Source: Lingula anatina
Lineage: Eukaryota; Animalia; Brachiopoda
Direction of reading: 5' to 3'
Length of the DNA: 64,000 nt
Assembly: GCA_051362555.1 (NCBI GenBank)
Contig: CM120643.1
Span: 8,246,001 to 8,310,000, forward strand
In this document: in pieces, positions 27,195-39,646 of the stretch
Position numbering within the stretch: the stretch's first letter is position 1
Layout of the letters: each line of letters starts with the position of its first letter
Made by a program: the position numbers and the translations under genes
Notes under the pieces: model-generated
Told to the model about the DNA's origin: nothing
Database searches by the model: none
What the model saw: the letters and a program-made list of their open reading frames with translations, nothing else

Positions 27195-28136
27195 TCACAG
27201 CGCCGCAAAATTCTTCAGTTCCTGGTCCACATTTGGGGGTGGTTTCCGTTGCTGAATGTTCCTAGTACTGGGCTAAAAAGAAACGAAATAAACTTGAGAG
27301 CAGCGTTCACAGAAAACATTAAATACGTTTGAAGTTTTCGAACATACCGATCGCTTAAGATAATGCAAAAGCCCTTTTTATGTAATTTTAATGTAAAAAT
27401 CATTGGCTTATATAGTTCTCATATAAATAATTATATATTAACGTATATTTTCATAATTTTTCAATTGCGTTCCCACATTTTTGTGCCACTAACCCACAAT
27501 GAAAATGCCAATATCAGTACATGTACGAAAGAAATCCTACAAATGTAATACGCTGTATACAGGGAGCCCCGGGTATGATTACATTATCATGCTTAAAGTA
27601 TACATTGCCTAGGATAAGAGGATTAAATGCACACCTTGGCTTTGTCGTCCTTCTTCTGTGTCGTAGACGAGGAGCTCGACTTAGGTATTTCTCGAACCTC
27701 TTTCCAGGCTTGGTCAACCTCTTCGGTCTTGGATTTCGTTAGGTGTTTTAGCTGAAAAACGCAATCCTGGGATTTAACTCTAACCACAACTAACGCAACG
27801 ATTCCAGTCCCAATATCCGCTCACAACGCACAAATTTTATACAAAGCATTCGTAAACTAACAAGACATAAAATTTAGAAGCATAGTAAGTTAATCCCGAT
27901 AGTTAAATAATTGCAAACATTTTCAATCATCATACCAACTTCACAACAGTAAAAGAAAACCCTGATTGTAGCTTAAAGTGATATCATTCAACTCCACTAA
28001 AATCACTAATACGTACCTTTTTAAGGTTTATGTTGACTGGTTTCGTTTTCTTGTTTTTGGTTATTTTAGTTCCAACAGTTTTGAACAGGACACTGTCTTT
28101 GCCTTTCTGCTGCGATTTCCCTTTATTTTTCCCCAT
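27195..28136 (-). CDS. RBIS: Ribosomal biogenesis factor (C8orf59 / Alb1-like), 104 aa, three coding exons
   Basis: Exons 28136-28017, 27751-27635 and 27272-27195 (phase 0, GT/AG) encode MGKNKGKSQQKGKDSVLFKTVGTKITKNKKTKPVNINLKK-LKHLTKSKTEEVDQAWKEVREIPKSSSSSTTQKKDDKAK-PSTRNIQQRKPPPNVDQELKNFAAL*. This matches recalled human RBIS (MAKNK..., KNKAKPVTTNLKKI, KVNRVNKAF, KPVNVDEATRLMALL). An acceptor at 28170 and a donor at ~28304 imply a non-coding first exon. Confidence 0.85.
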
Positions 28137-28201
28137 TTTTTGCTTCTATCTCAGCGATGCTTCATTGCTCTACAAAGTAAAAAAGTATAAGATGAGTATT
28201 A

Positions 28202-28229
28202 CTCTCTCTCTCCCTCTCTCTCCCTCTCT

Positions 28230-28268
<39 letters not shown>
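28202..28268. repeat. Compound (CT)n/(GT)n microsatellite in RBIS 5' intron
   Basis: Directly visible. Other microsatellites at 4279-4328 (CT), 5340-5415 (ATTT), 8387-8460 (AAT/ATT), 18056-18090 (CT) and 59361-59403 (ATT). Confidence 0.95.
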
Positions 28269-28272
<4 letters not shown>

Positions 28273-28881
28273 TGTAATTTTCCATCAGTTTAAAGATACC
28301 TTACGTAGAATTCTGGAGTTAAGTGTCAAAGATCGAATTTTCCTGGCGTCATGAACAATTTTCCAGCGATCATCGGCAATCGACGAGTGTCGCCCTCAAA
28401 AATGTTTGTGTGTGAGAGATTGGGGGGGGGGGGGGGGGGGCGGGGGGAGAGATGAAATATTTTGCGTATTCCTTGCATTTGCACAAAGTGCAAACTTGAA
28501 CAGGTGTGACATATTCATTTATGATTTTAAAGAAAATGCGTCTTTGAGAGTTCACGAAAGATAAAATATGGAATACTTAGGGAAACATCAATCGCACACG
28601 AAGTCCATCTAATATATTTTCAAACGCGAGACCGCATTCCGTTCCATCTTTAATCTATCACTGCACGTCTTCTTCCTTTCTATGTCATAGTATGATGTAT
28701 TTCCGATCGTTTCATTTGAACTCGGGTTCAATTTAATTCACATTACTCGCCGGATTTATTGAATGGTGGTTGCCGTATTACGCCATAACCAAGCAGCTGA
28801 TGATAGTTATTTTAGCACTAATCCCTGCGATAACGAATCCTCCGCTTCATCTCTCAATACATCAATTTATATCTATATATA

Positions 28882-29133
28882 CGGTATTTATTCGATCTTT
28901 TTAATGGGAGAAAATTGTGAATTTTACAGATACTGGTAAGTCCTAATTTCTGAAATTTAAAACGTACTTTTCAAGCGGCTGCAACAAAATTAAAAAGCAG
29001 ATTTCTCTATAGTTCTATTATATGCAGTAAAATAACTACAAATACAAAGCATAAATACAATTTTTGTGAATATAACATCATGTATCTGAAAATCTGATCA
29101 TTTTCGCCCATTGAAAAGATCTAGTAATTACCA
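28882..29133. mobile_element. Tc1/mariner-like MITE with TA TSD
   Basis: TA|CGGTATTTATTCGATCTTTTTAATGGG ... CCCATTGAAAAGATCTAGTAATTACCA|TA; homolog at 21234-21486. Confidence 0.7.
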
Positions 29134-30179
29134 TAGACTGAATACACCCTGTATTTGTGCAATGTTACGTTCTAGTGCCAATTGAGAAAGCGCTATCAGG
29201 CTATAAATAAAATAGCTCTCTCCCACCAACAGTCCGTGAACATAGCTTTACATAGAAGAATCCTCCACGTGTAATTTGCATTGTTATAGTTATTTCGGCT
29301 GCAATAATAAGTCTTACGACAAATTTTTATCTTCCTGACAATCGTTGTGTAAATGTGCAATAATAACCTTCGCTGTATTTTGAAAGCACGCACTACATGT
29401 ACATAAAAGTGCCCCAAACTCCATTGCTCCATTAAGCCATCTTCATATATTGAACATATGTTATCATATTTGTATAAGGTTATGTTTATGGCAAGCCTAT
29501 CTTTCATTCTCCATCTATTTTTCCATCATAATTTCTCCGGCGATATAGTCTCATTCACGAACAGAGGGTGTATAAATATCACGAACACAAAGGTTGCAAT
29601 AACACAATAAAGTATCGGATATGGCTGTATAAACAAGGTAGTGACCCGTCTAATAGAGAGACAATATAACGTTGATTTTCATACATGTAATTACGACCTA
29701 CAAAAGGTCGAGACCCCGGGCCATCGGAGATTCGTGTCCTGCATTATCGCCACAAACAAGGTAAAGTCACCGTGTTTCGCTATCCTGTAAAAAAATACAC
29801 GAACACTGCAGCTATTAAGTTTAACATTTAGAACGTCGCGATTTTTGGGAACCCAAATTATTATTGCATTTCCTCGAGTAAGCAGACATTACGTTTATTT
29901 CACCAGCCTTACGGTAAATGTGTTTATTTGTTAACTCCATTTCTTCTCGCTACAATGCTGCAATATCTTCGAGAGTTTACGGCTGTCACGTGACCTGCCT
30001 CCATCTCCGTCGACCTACCACTGAATATTATGAACCGTAACATCACTGTGTACTGACTGCGTCTTCAAAAGTGCATGCAAAAAAGTTTCAACAGGGAGGC
30101 TATGTGAAACACAAACACGAAGAATCCAACTTGACTCAAAGTAAGGCAGGGAATATTGGGATTATACACAGTCCACAGA

Positions 30180-30213
30180 ATGGGGAAGCTGCTTTTGTTT
30201 TTGTCGCTCGCAG
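30180..30213 (+). CDS. First coding exon (signal peptide) of the secreted beta-lactamase-fold hydrolase
   Basis: ATGGGGAAGCTGCTTTTGTTTTTGTCGCTCGCAG|GTGAGT has a strong phase-1 donor. It joins the phase-1 acceptor at 41934 to give MGKLLLFLSLAALCQA-DRAH, a textbook signal peptide with an (A/C)-x-A cleavage site. Confidence 0.75.
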
Positions 30214-30437
30214 GTGAGTGAAGTTATCTCAATGTCGCAGGGATCTTGGTCGACACAAGGTGGCGTTCGCACCAAACGCTACGACCGTCCCTTGTCAAAG
30301 CCTCTTCATTTAAATCCAGGTGCTAAGTGTCCCCTCTCGAATCACCTTTGTGACAATTCAGTCCAACAAAAGGTATCAAAAAGACTTAATGAGAAAACGG
30401 CTACTTCTGACGCGTCGAAGGACATACGAGAAACTAA

Positions 30438-30696
30438 GGCTTCGTTCACATGCAATGTCTATTTTCTAAATTCTATTTTCTATTTTCGGTATGTCTTATG
30501 ATCACGGTCTGTGCACTGAATATCCCGCGGCGTAATTACTGGCAGCGCGAGCCAGTTACTATAAGTTACTATAAGTAACTGGCTCGCGCTGCCAGTAATT
30601 ACGCCGCGGGACATTAAGGGCACAGAGCGTGATCATAAGACATACCGCGAATAGAAAATAGAATTTAGAAAATAGACATTGCATGTGAACGAAGCC
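30438..30696. mobile_element. Near-perfect palindromic (foldback) MITE, 123-bp arms, in intron 1 of the hydrolase gene
   Basis: 30438-30560 is the reverse complement of 30574-30696 with about six mismatches. GGCTTCGTTCACA termini with TAA/TTA flanks suggest PIF/Harbinger type. Confidence 0.85.
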
Positions 30697-33600
30697 TTAA
30701 AGCACTTGAGATCCACAAGATGTGGGAGACGTATTTATTTTACAGATGAAGGACGTACTTCTGAATATTTGCCCTGCACTGTAGAATAATGTTATAAAGT
30801 GTCAAAGATACTCCACTCAGGGTGGAAGGGGAAATGGTAGGCTACACCTTTTGTCCTATGGCAAATTTGCAAGTAGACTATTTCCCACTGAAAATCGCAC
30901 CTCCAAAACCCGCGTTTCGCGTCCTAAATTAAACTAACTCAATCTAACACTGTTAAGCATAACAATACTGGTAACATGGGGACCCACGTTATCATTACTA
31001 GTCTTAGCCAAGTTTGTAAAATTTCTTTGACAATTCTTATCAAAGCTGATATCTCACCTGGAGAAAACACCACGCACTGACGTGTAAGTAAGAACCTGCC
31101 AATGACTCAAGACCACGACTGGTATTATTCATAATTGCCCCTCAGCCCGGGGGGCTGGGGGGGGGGGGGGAGAAAGAACACGACTCGGTGTAAATGACAA
31201 CATTAGCGTGACGCTTCTCATCCTCACATTCTCCAAGTTGAGCGACTCCCTCTAAAAAAACCATCACATAAATCATAGTGACAGACACAGTCGGGCACGG
31301 TATGACAGTCACAGTAAATGTAACAAGGCACATTAGGCTTTTATATATGAAGCACACAAACACACATATAATATAATAAATATATGCATGTGTGTTACCA
31401 CATTCAGTTAATTATCCGGGAATACTACCCCTATAGCGCTTTACTTATTTCAAGTCTGGCTGATGGCACTTAAACTGCAGTTGGGATTCTATGATAATGA
31501 GTTTGGGATATTAAAAAATTTAGTTTCAAAATCACCCCGAGTAGAAAGGTACGAACTGTGACCCTCATATACAGGACCACAGTACATACACGCTTGTGAA
31601 ACTTGATGTCACATTGGCATCATAGCACAGTTTTCATAAACCTTGGATTCTCAGGGTGGTCAGATTGGGCTGGGGTAAACACTGTAACTGACTAACTAAA
31701 AGTCCTTTGCCGCTGCAAGACGATGGAATCATAAGTATAAAATCTACTTAAATTCGAGACACTTCGCAAGGTGCGACTTCTCGTGTACATTCCATGGTGT
31801 TGCCATGTCAGCGAGGCGTGTTAATCCATCCTTAAAGAACATTTAAAGACACATCAAACCGCTGTGTAGACTTAAAATCGCCACCACGGTTGTTATTCTT
31901 AACCTGGTGTAGAGTGGCATTAAACCTGAGCTGGAATTATACGTATATTACTGTTGCCCGTATAATCATCACCCACGTAACTCCTCAGTAGCAGGTGGGA
32001 CACACTCTGTATATTGGAGTTAATTATAATCCTCTTAATCCCCTTCATGAACGGCACTTAACGCAAACCTTAACCCCGTAACAGTGGTTTTGCATTGGTT
32101 ACCTGTAAATACACACGCGTCAAATAGTTGAGATATTCGTTGAACCTGTTTTTCCAACTGAGTAGCGATTAACTTGGGACTCTGTACTTGTTACAGTGGC
32201 ATTACGGTACCTATGCTACAATCAGAGTAACTTGTTTAATGACCCCGTTCAAGTTTTTGTAACTTAAAGCTAAATAATATCAAACAATGAGATTTGGTAT
32301 TTAAAACCTTTCTTTTTTTAACAACGAACACAGAACCTTAAGACCCTCTCTACACTACAGCCGATCAAGGATCACTTGAACCTCTTGTTTATTAAGACTG
32401 TAATAACCTTCATTTCTACCTTTAATAAACCTTGATTGATTTAACATTTTAATCATATTAGAGTTGCCAGTTATACATGAACAACGCCATTATAGGGAAA
32501 AAGTCAAATCCTTGCTGACTGACGCGAGATCTGCATATATGCATACATATCTCGGGCTTGTTAATTCGATAAGTTTAAGCCTGGACAAACTCGTTCGTAT
32601 GTGACAACCTATGAATAATTGCGGTTTCAAGGTATAGCTTTCAAGTTTGCACATACAACAATTATGTAGATGACTTCCCATGGCGATTTTAAACGGTCTT
32701 CTTCGCGAGTGCACTTCGAGCGTTCATATTTAACACGATAAGCATGATACGGCCATTTACTGTTGTTACGCTTTACATGTTTCCACCTTTCATCCGTCGG
32801 CATATCGCCCAAATAGCCATTATCAAAGTGCATTTAAACCTTGAAGATGTTGCGATGAAGGAGTTGCTGACAATAAGGCACCAAATTTGAGGACATTTTC
32901 TTCAAAACAAGTTCGCCGGGTCAACAATTATGGTATCGAAAACCTAACAATTGTTCATTTTATTTCTCACTGCTGGAGTCAAAGAAAACATGTTTACTCT
33001 TTCATTTTGTTTCTCACCTGGTTTTCCGACTTATAATAAGTGCCTAGATTTCACTGAGATTTTAATCGGCCTTGGTTATACATGCAACAACAGCAAGCAA
33101 ATTGTGTTGTGTTCACAACATGCTCAGACGAACCGAATCGGAATCGGTCTTAATGCCGCAGGCAGTACTGACGCACCCTAAGCCAGCAAACTACGATTGT
33201 TGTCTCGGGAGATTAACATTTATTGTACATAGTATATTTCACACCAGTTTTAACAATTTCCAGCAGCTTTAAGAACAAATATTGAGACTGAAATTTTTGT
33301 TTCCGTCAAACTGTTGCGTTTTGCTCCCGGAAAACGGAATAATTTGGTTTAGCTCGGACACTGGATATGAAGAACAAAATCTTCAAGATTCAAAGTTGTC
33401 GTTTTGAGGGACTGAATTCGCCCCTGGATGCGACTCACGTTATATAAATGTCACTTCTGACGCTCAAATTGCCCGTGTCTTGCTCCCCGCTTTTCAACTT
33501 TTACATGCTCAATGAAACGACAGAGGTTCAAGTTCGTCTTTGTTATGTGAAAAAAGATACAGAAATAACCGTGAGTTTGTTTGTGCATCAAGTCTTATAG

Positions 33601-36600
33601 GCCAACCAGAAGGGCATAGAAACCGAATAAGCAAATGTATTTTCATATAAGTTACAGCGTCATGTATCAATACTTGAATTTCGCCTAGTTTTCAGTCCGT
33701 CTTTTCCAGTCGAACAGATTTGATTGTTCATCTCTTAATCCAATCAAAACAAGCACAGGTATAGAAAATGCTTCAAAGCAGAGTAAATCACTCCCGGTTT
33801 TCACCGCTAAGAATTTTCGCCTGTTTGAAAAACATAAACACATAATTGAGCACTTCTCTTAGCTAGATTTTCTTCCCTGAGAGCAAAAATCAAATTAAAT
33901 CAAAACTTTCCCAGTTTTCAAATCTCCTTCACTTGCTGTATTTTGTCTGCCGAATCGAAAAAAATACTTTCGTTTATTTATCTACTACTACAAGGAAAAA
34001 CTAACCGGCAAATGCATCTGTTGCGATATTGCCATAAGACATACCGGTTTTGGTTTTCATAACAACACTTAAGCTTCTTATCTAACATTAACAGTAAAAA
34101 CAACTTTGACACCCCTTGAAAAAAACATAAATGTCAGTATTTCCCTGATCAGCAGCCATAGTATATCTCTCTAAAGTCAGACAAAGATAGGCATGGCATG
34201 GTGCGGCGCCGGTGATGTAAATAGTCGTAACGCTCATTGGCTGAGCGTCGACATTTTCATTTTGATTTTACGCGAGGACCAGCTGCAGACCACTCGACTT
34301 CTAATCGAGAGTCCAATGACAGTGACACATCATTCGAATGCCACCCTATGTGACACGGATCGCCCAAGGGTCCACTTACTCGAAGCGTCCTTTTTGTGGC
34401 CAGTTTTTAGCAATGGCAAAAGCGACTGCGCACAGCACATAAAAGTTTGCCCGACTAGACGTCAGACTTTCCATGTGTACGGCAATATCATTGAAAATAC
34501 TTCGATCAAAAAATCTTTGATTAGAAAATCCGTCGTAGTAACTTTAATTTTTTCTCAGCTATTGTTAAATTAATCACCTTCGCATGTCCCTTTTTACTTA
34601 ATGACAGTGATTCTTTGCTTATTTCAGTTGCTAAACATGCTCAACACTAATAAAGTTTTTACCAAAGGATGAGGAATTTTTCAGCCACTAGGCGAGGACC
34701 GAGTTGGGGGGGGGGGGGGGGGCATAGCGTACCATGAACATGTAGATAACGTTAATATTGAAGAGAGAGTTACAAAACGCTTCGGCGTCACTGGGCATGA
34801 TGCCATTCCGCAGTTGCGAGGGAATGTTTCAAAAACTGTTCTCAAGTAACGCTGCTTACTGATAACATTAAGAACCAAAGATAAACTCACCACTCTAACA
34901 TCGTTATTTCTGTGCGCTTCCCAAAATCTAATGCAATATTTTTATTATCAGAATGAGATGAATGGATTTGCACGGCGTTTTGTATCCCACTGATGACCAC
35001 AGGAAACTGCTCCTTTTCAAAATTTTCAAAGCTGTATTTTGGTCATAAAATTAACACACAGAACATACATGGAGTACACGAACACTAAGTTATGTATACT
35101 ATTTTTAGAAAGTGAAGTAGGTGATTTTGACACATGAACAAATAATATACATGAGCCCTCCTCCCCCCACCTTCCGAAATTTGGATTAAATAATGACTAA
35201 TTTATCCGCTTCCAGTCTTCCTGCCTCTTAGTTACCTACAGCATGCGTTCTGACAATTCCCTGACATTCTCTCCGTCGATGGAGAATAAAAGAAAACGGC
35301 ATATACAAATATTTCATAAAATCTCATTGACGTTCCTCGGTGCTGAGGGTGCGCACGAACTACTTCCCCAACTTGGCGCGCGTTCTACATATCTCCTCTT
35401 CACATTCGTGAAAATATAGCCTTGAAACCTGCCTCGCATATCGCCCCGACCTAAACAATGATAACGTAGGGTAAACTTATCTAACTTTCCGTTTGGTCTA
35501 GAGATAAGAGTGTGAAACTGATACAGCAGAAGTCACTGTATAAACACGCGAACAGATCGGTGTTAAAGAATATCTGAGCTTTGATGACGCATTGTATAGT
35601 GTAGGCGGACTGGAGCAAAGTCTCTCTCTCTCTCTCTCTTACACAAACATTCCCACTCTCTTTCGCGCTCGCGCGAGCGCGCACACACACACACACACAC
35701 ACACACCATCTTGTAAGTGCATTTTCTTTTTCACTTCCCAAAGAGACGGAGAAATTCTGCTCATCCTTAGCCAAAATAATAAGATGAGATGCCAATTTCG
35801 AACACAATGCTTATTCGGGAATTCTGTAAAAGAAGTCCTAATATGATCAGGGATGTTTATTGAACTGCCAAATTAGATCGGAGACTAGAACGTCAGTCTT
35901 CATATTCCAGAGGATCTATTACACTGTAGTAAAACCCGAAATATTGGAACTGAATTATTATTCAATATTAGATGGATATAGCCACAAGTTAGAAGGCGTC
36001 GACATCCGAGACGGGTCAGATTTTCATCATAAAATCTATAAATGTAATACACTCTGCAGACCCAATAACTTGACTCTTGATGAATTTTTGATCCCTTCCT
36101 GTATCCTACGCTGTGTTCGTGAAGCTCATCAAGAGAAACTCATCAGAATTCAATTACTCTTTCTATAGACAGCCATCTCTTAATTTTTCCGTTGTTCGTC
36201 TGCTTATACACTGTTTTTCATCATTACGTTTCATTTTTTCTTTGCTAATATTTCAAACGTATTAAACACTGTTAGGCTATGAAAACTCGGACCAATCAAA
36301 AGTATTAATTAAACAAGATAGTTTGAGTGCTAGCGTTCATACAACGCTAGTATATTACCCTAGTCATTCCATTTACGACCAAATCTCTCAGAATTCTGAT
36401 GGGCAAAAACATCCATTCGTCATATCACCCACAAATTGCTTAGAGCTCCGCGATCAGAGAGTACGTCGTGGTTCATTTTACCAAGCGCGTAAATACTCAG
36501 TTGTTATCTTCCATTGCAAATATTACAACCTACGCAAAGATAGAAAGAGGGGAGATATGAGCGTTCAATTTTCATTCACAACGAAAACAAAGCACTTGTT

Positions 36601-36658
36601 ATGAGACTACCCTCTACTAGGACCACAGTTATTATTATGTGGACGTTTTCGCTGAGGC

Positions 36659-37326
36659 CACCCTGAGCTTCAGAGCTAACTTGACACTAACCTTTTCACT
36701 GTAGCCTATCTCCATCGTGTCAAGTAACCTCTGACGAAAATAGTTTGACCTAGTTTATATAAGCCAATCAAATCCATGTTTCAAAATTTTTCACCAAAGT
36801 TTGGTGAAAACGCTGATTGGTTGACCGTCAATCGGCAACCCTCGGCTGATTCCGCAAGCTCCATACTAACAACATAGTTATTGTCGAGTGCGGAGACATC
36901 CGAGTAGTTCCGAGTGTATTACCGTACACAAAGAAAGCAAGGCGAGTGACTACGAAAAAGAATGTGTTAAGTTATCTCTTGATTCTTTGCAAAATATGAG
37001 TAAATCGGAATTGAAACCATAGGGTCTAGCAGTTTGAGGCCCTGCATCATTATCTACTGAGAGACGATGTTATTTGCGTGCTGCCCACAGGTTACGGCAA
37101 GTCCCTGATATTCAGCCTTATCTTTGATTGGTCCGGATTTGAACAAAGCGCGCTTTGACTCGTTCGCGTTCATTGGCTAGATCGTTTAATGAGTCATTGA
37201 GTGCGGGCTTTTAAATTTGATTGGCGGGCGGCGGAGGCAATCGAATCTGGTCAGAGGTTACTTGACACGATGGAGATAGGCTACAGTGAAAAGGTTAGTG
37301 TCAAGTTAGCTCTGAAGCTCAGGGTG
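36659..37326. mobile_element. Young non-autonomous DNA transposon, perfect 77-bp TIRs, 8-bp TSD GCTGAGGC
   Basis: 36659-36735 is the exact reverse complement of 37250-37326. GCTGAGGC lies at 36651-36658 and 37327-37334. An alternative reading is GC-extended TIRs with a 4-bp TSD TGAG. Confidence 0.85.
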
Positions 37327-37948
37327 GCTGAGGCGCACAGTACAGAGAATAACCGTGAATTTAACGAGAGACACGTCAGTGAATATCTTGTGAAAAATCA
37401 ATCTGTGGCCCTGATACAGAGTATTATGCGACCAACTTCGTGGCGCAATTTATACAAAGATGTGTAAAAAAGAAAGGGCCCCGAGCAATGCTGTCTTGCT
37501 TTCAATATTCATTCGTAAAGCGGAAAGCGCTCCGGCTATTAAAAAAACATGGTAAACATCACGTTTTTGACCAGTCCTACATCTGCGCTCTTTAATTACG
37601 TATCGAGTAAAGTATTACTCGTTTGTGGTGTGAATTACAATATAATTGACTCTTCAAAGGCATGCAAAAACTTAAACATCACGCATTGCTGTCGAAAAAT
37701 TGTTTGTCAAAGCATATATAAATTTGCAATGGTTACTTTGTAAAAAAAGAAAGGATAGGTGCTTTGTTTTTCAACAGGGAATGGCTATGCTAGGCATGTT
37801 AAACAATTTTTGGGTTTAAGTTAGAGAAAATAAACCAAAGATGCATCTCGTTCCACGAAATCCAATAAAAATCAGTCGGGTTAAATGGATCATAAAGAGT
37901 CATTGGGATCTCTATAAACATTATTAACCGCACTCAGCCGAGTTTTAA

Positions 37949-38285
37949 AGGGATAATAACTCTTCGTATGATATCTATATTTCACAATAAAAACCTTGTG
38001 AATAACTCATAGAAATATAATATATTCTGTTTTACCACAAAAACAGCAGTTATAGCTTTTATTCTGATATCTGAACTTGTCTTTAGCCCACGTGACCTCC
38101 ACTGATGTCTATACTCTGTTAAAATCTCTTAAGAGATTTTAACAAAAAACCAAACTTTTTAGAAAAAAACCAGGGACTAACTTTGAATGTAAAAATGGAT
38201 TCATTAACCATTGGTAAGTATGGGAAAATTGTTGTTAACTCCAGGAAAATTCATTTTTTGGCCGATACGAAGAGTTATTATTGCT
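37949..38285 (+). mobile_element. Kolobok-like non-autonomous DNA transposon, copy 2
   Basis: TTAA flanks; highly similar to 6611-6945. Confidence 0.85.
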
Positions 38286-38339
38286 TTAAGTAGATTTACT
38301 TCACGTCTTCAATGTTTGACCCAGGCGACCACTAGTTAT

Positions 38340-38485
38340 GCGCATTCCCATAGATTTTAGATCGATCTATCCCCTTGGGGAGTCTCACTAGATTACTGTC
38401 AGATAATCCGGCTAAAATTTAGCGTGAACCCCCAGGGAGTTAGGTCGATCTAGTAAGATCGATCTAAATCTCTGGAAATGGTCTC
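38340..38485. mobile_element. PIF/Harbinger-like MITE, internally deleted copy of the 26401 family
   Basis: Shares TTTTAGATCGATCTATCCCC..GGGAGTCTCACTAGATTACTGTCAGATAATCCGGCT and CCCCAGGGAGTTAGGTCGATCTA with 26401-26615. Confidence 0.75.
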
Positions 38486-39482
38486 TAATAGTCTGAATCA
38501 GAATGGGGTTTCGCTACATACGCATGGCCACAGGAAGGCAGGATCAAGGAAAAAACCCACGAGGCCTCAGATTCTATTTTCCCGAAGATTCCAACTGTCG
38601 GATCCATAGTGGCTAATGATGTTTATAGAGGTATATTTTCTCTAACTTCACCCAAAAATTGTTTGACCGTAACTGGTCTTGTGTGGACGCAGCCATGATG
38701 CCACGGTTCGTGGTTTTATTTTCGACTCTAAAAGACTATGATGGGCCCGGTGACAAGCGTGTCGTAGGTCTCGTAGGGTCAAAGGCTGACAAATAACTCA
38801 CCAAGTGCTGTCTCGTCATCTCATCGGGTGCGACAAAATAAATAAAAGAATGAAAAAAAAAAAAAAACATTGACAAAAGTAGATCGAAGCTACCAAATAA
38901 AAATCATATCAATTAATTAATGTAATTATTTATTTTTATCTCCCCCCTCTCCGAATGCTCAAGCCTGTGGTGTTGTCAGAGGCGAATGCAAAGATAGCGA
39001 CCTGGATAGATATATAGCTGTACCAGTCCAAATTCAACTGACGACAGTCCTTAAGTCACCATGAAGTGAGACCTTTATACCTTGTAATATAAAAGACAAC
39101 CAAAGGCAAGGGCAGGGCAGGGCAATAATCTTCATAATCACGCATCTCTCTCTTTAATCTATGGCAAATGAAACTGTATTGATTTAAAATTCCTGCCAAG
39201 CACCAGAACACGAGCGGGAAAGAGCAATGCAAATTTGTTCAGCAGCCGGGCGCAAGACAAGGTGAGAAATGTCACCAAGATAAGGAAACCTTGAATTCTC
39301 CTCGCTCCCAGGTGGAAAGTAGGCAAAAACACCACGGCGTCTTCACGTGAAGGTTGACGGGGTTATTGTGAGGCAGAGGTATTTGTCCTAGGCAGCCTGC
39401 TATCAACGCGCATTTACACCCTAGTTTGCTTTCTCACTACATCAGTGCCACATATCTAAAATGATAAAGTTTTAAGGGGTCA

Positions 39483-39646
39483 CAGGCCCGTAGCCAGGGG
39501 GGTCAGGAGGTTCGAAAGAACCTCCTTTTTCCGGGAAAAGGTCCCCTGTGGATAAAATTTTATATAGGTACACGAAGGTTTCATGGTAAAAGGCCCACTT
39601 TAGAAAAAGACCTCCCCCCCTTTTGAAATTGTTGGCTACAGGCCTG
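39483..39646. mobile_element. MITE with CAGGCCCGTAGCCA TIRs, 5-bp TSD GGTCA
   Basis: GGTCA at 39478-39482 and 39647-39651; homologous to 20698-20865. Confidence 0.8.

Noticed and set aside
32627-32833. 68-aa minus-strand ORF (MHFDNGYLGD...) inside the hydrolase intron
   Set aside because: No recognisable motif, no convincing splice partners and an upstream in-frame stop.
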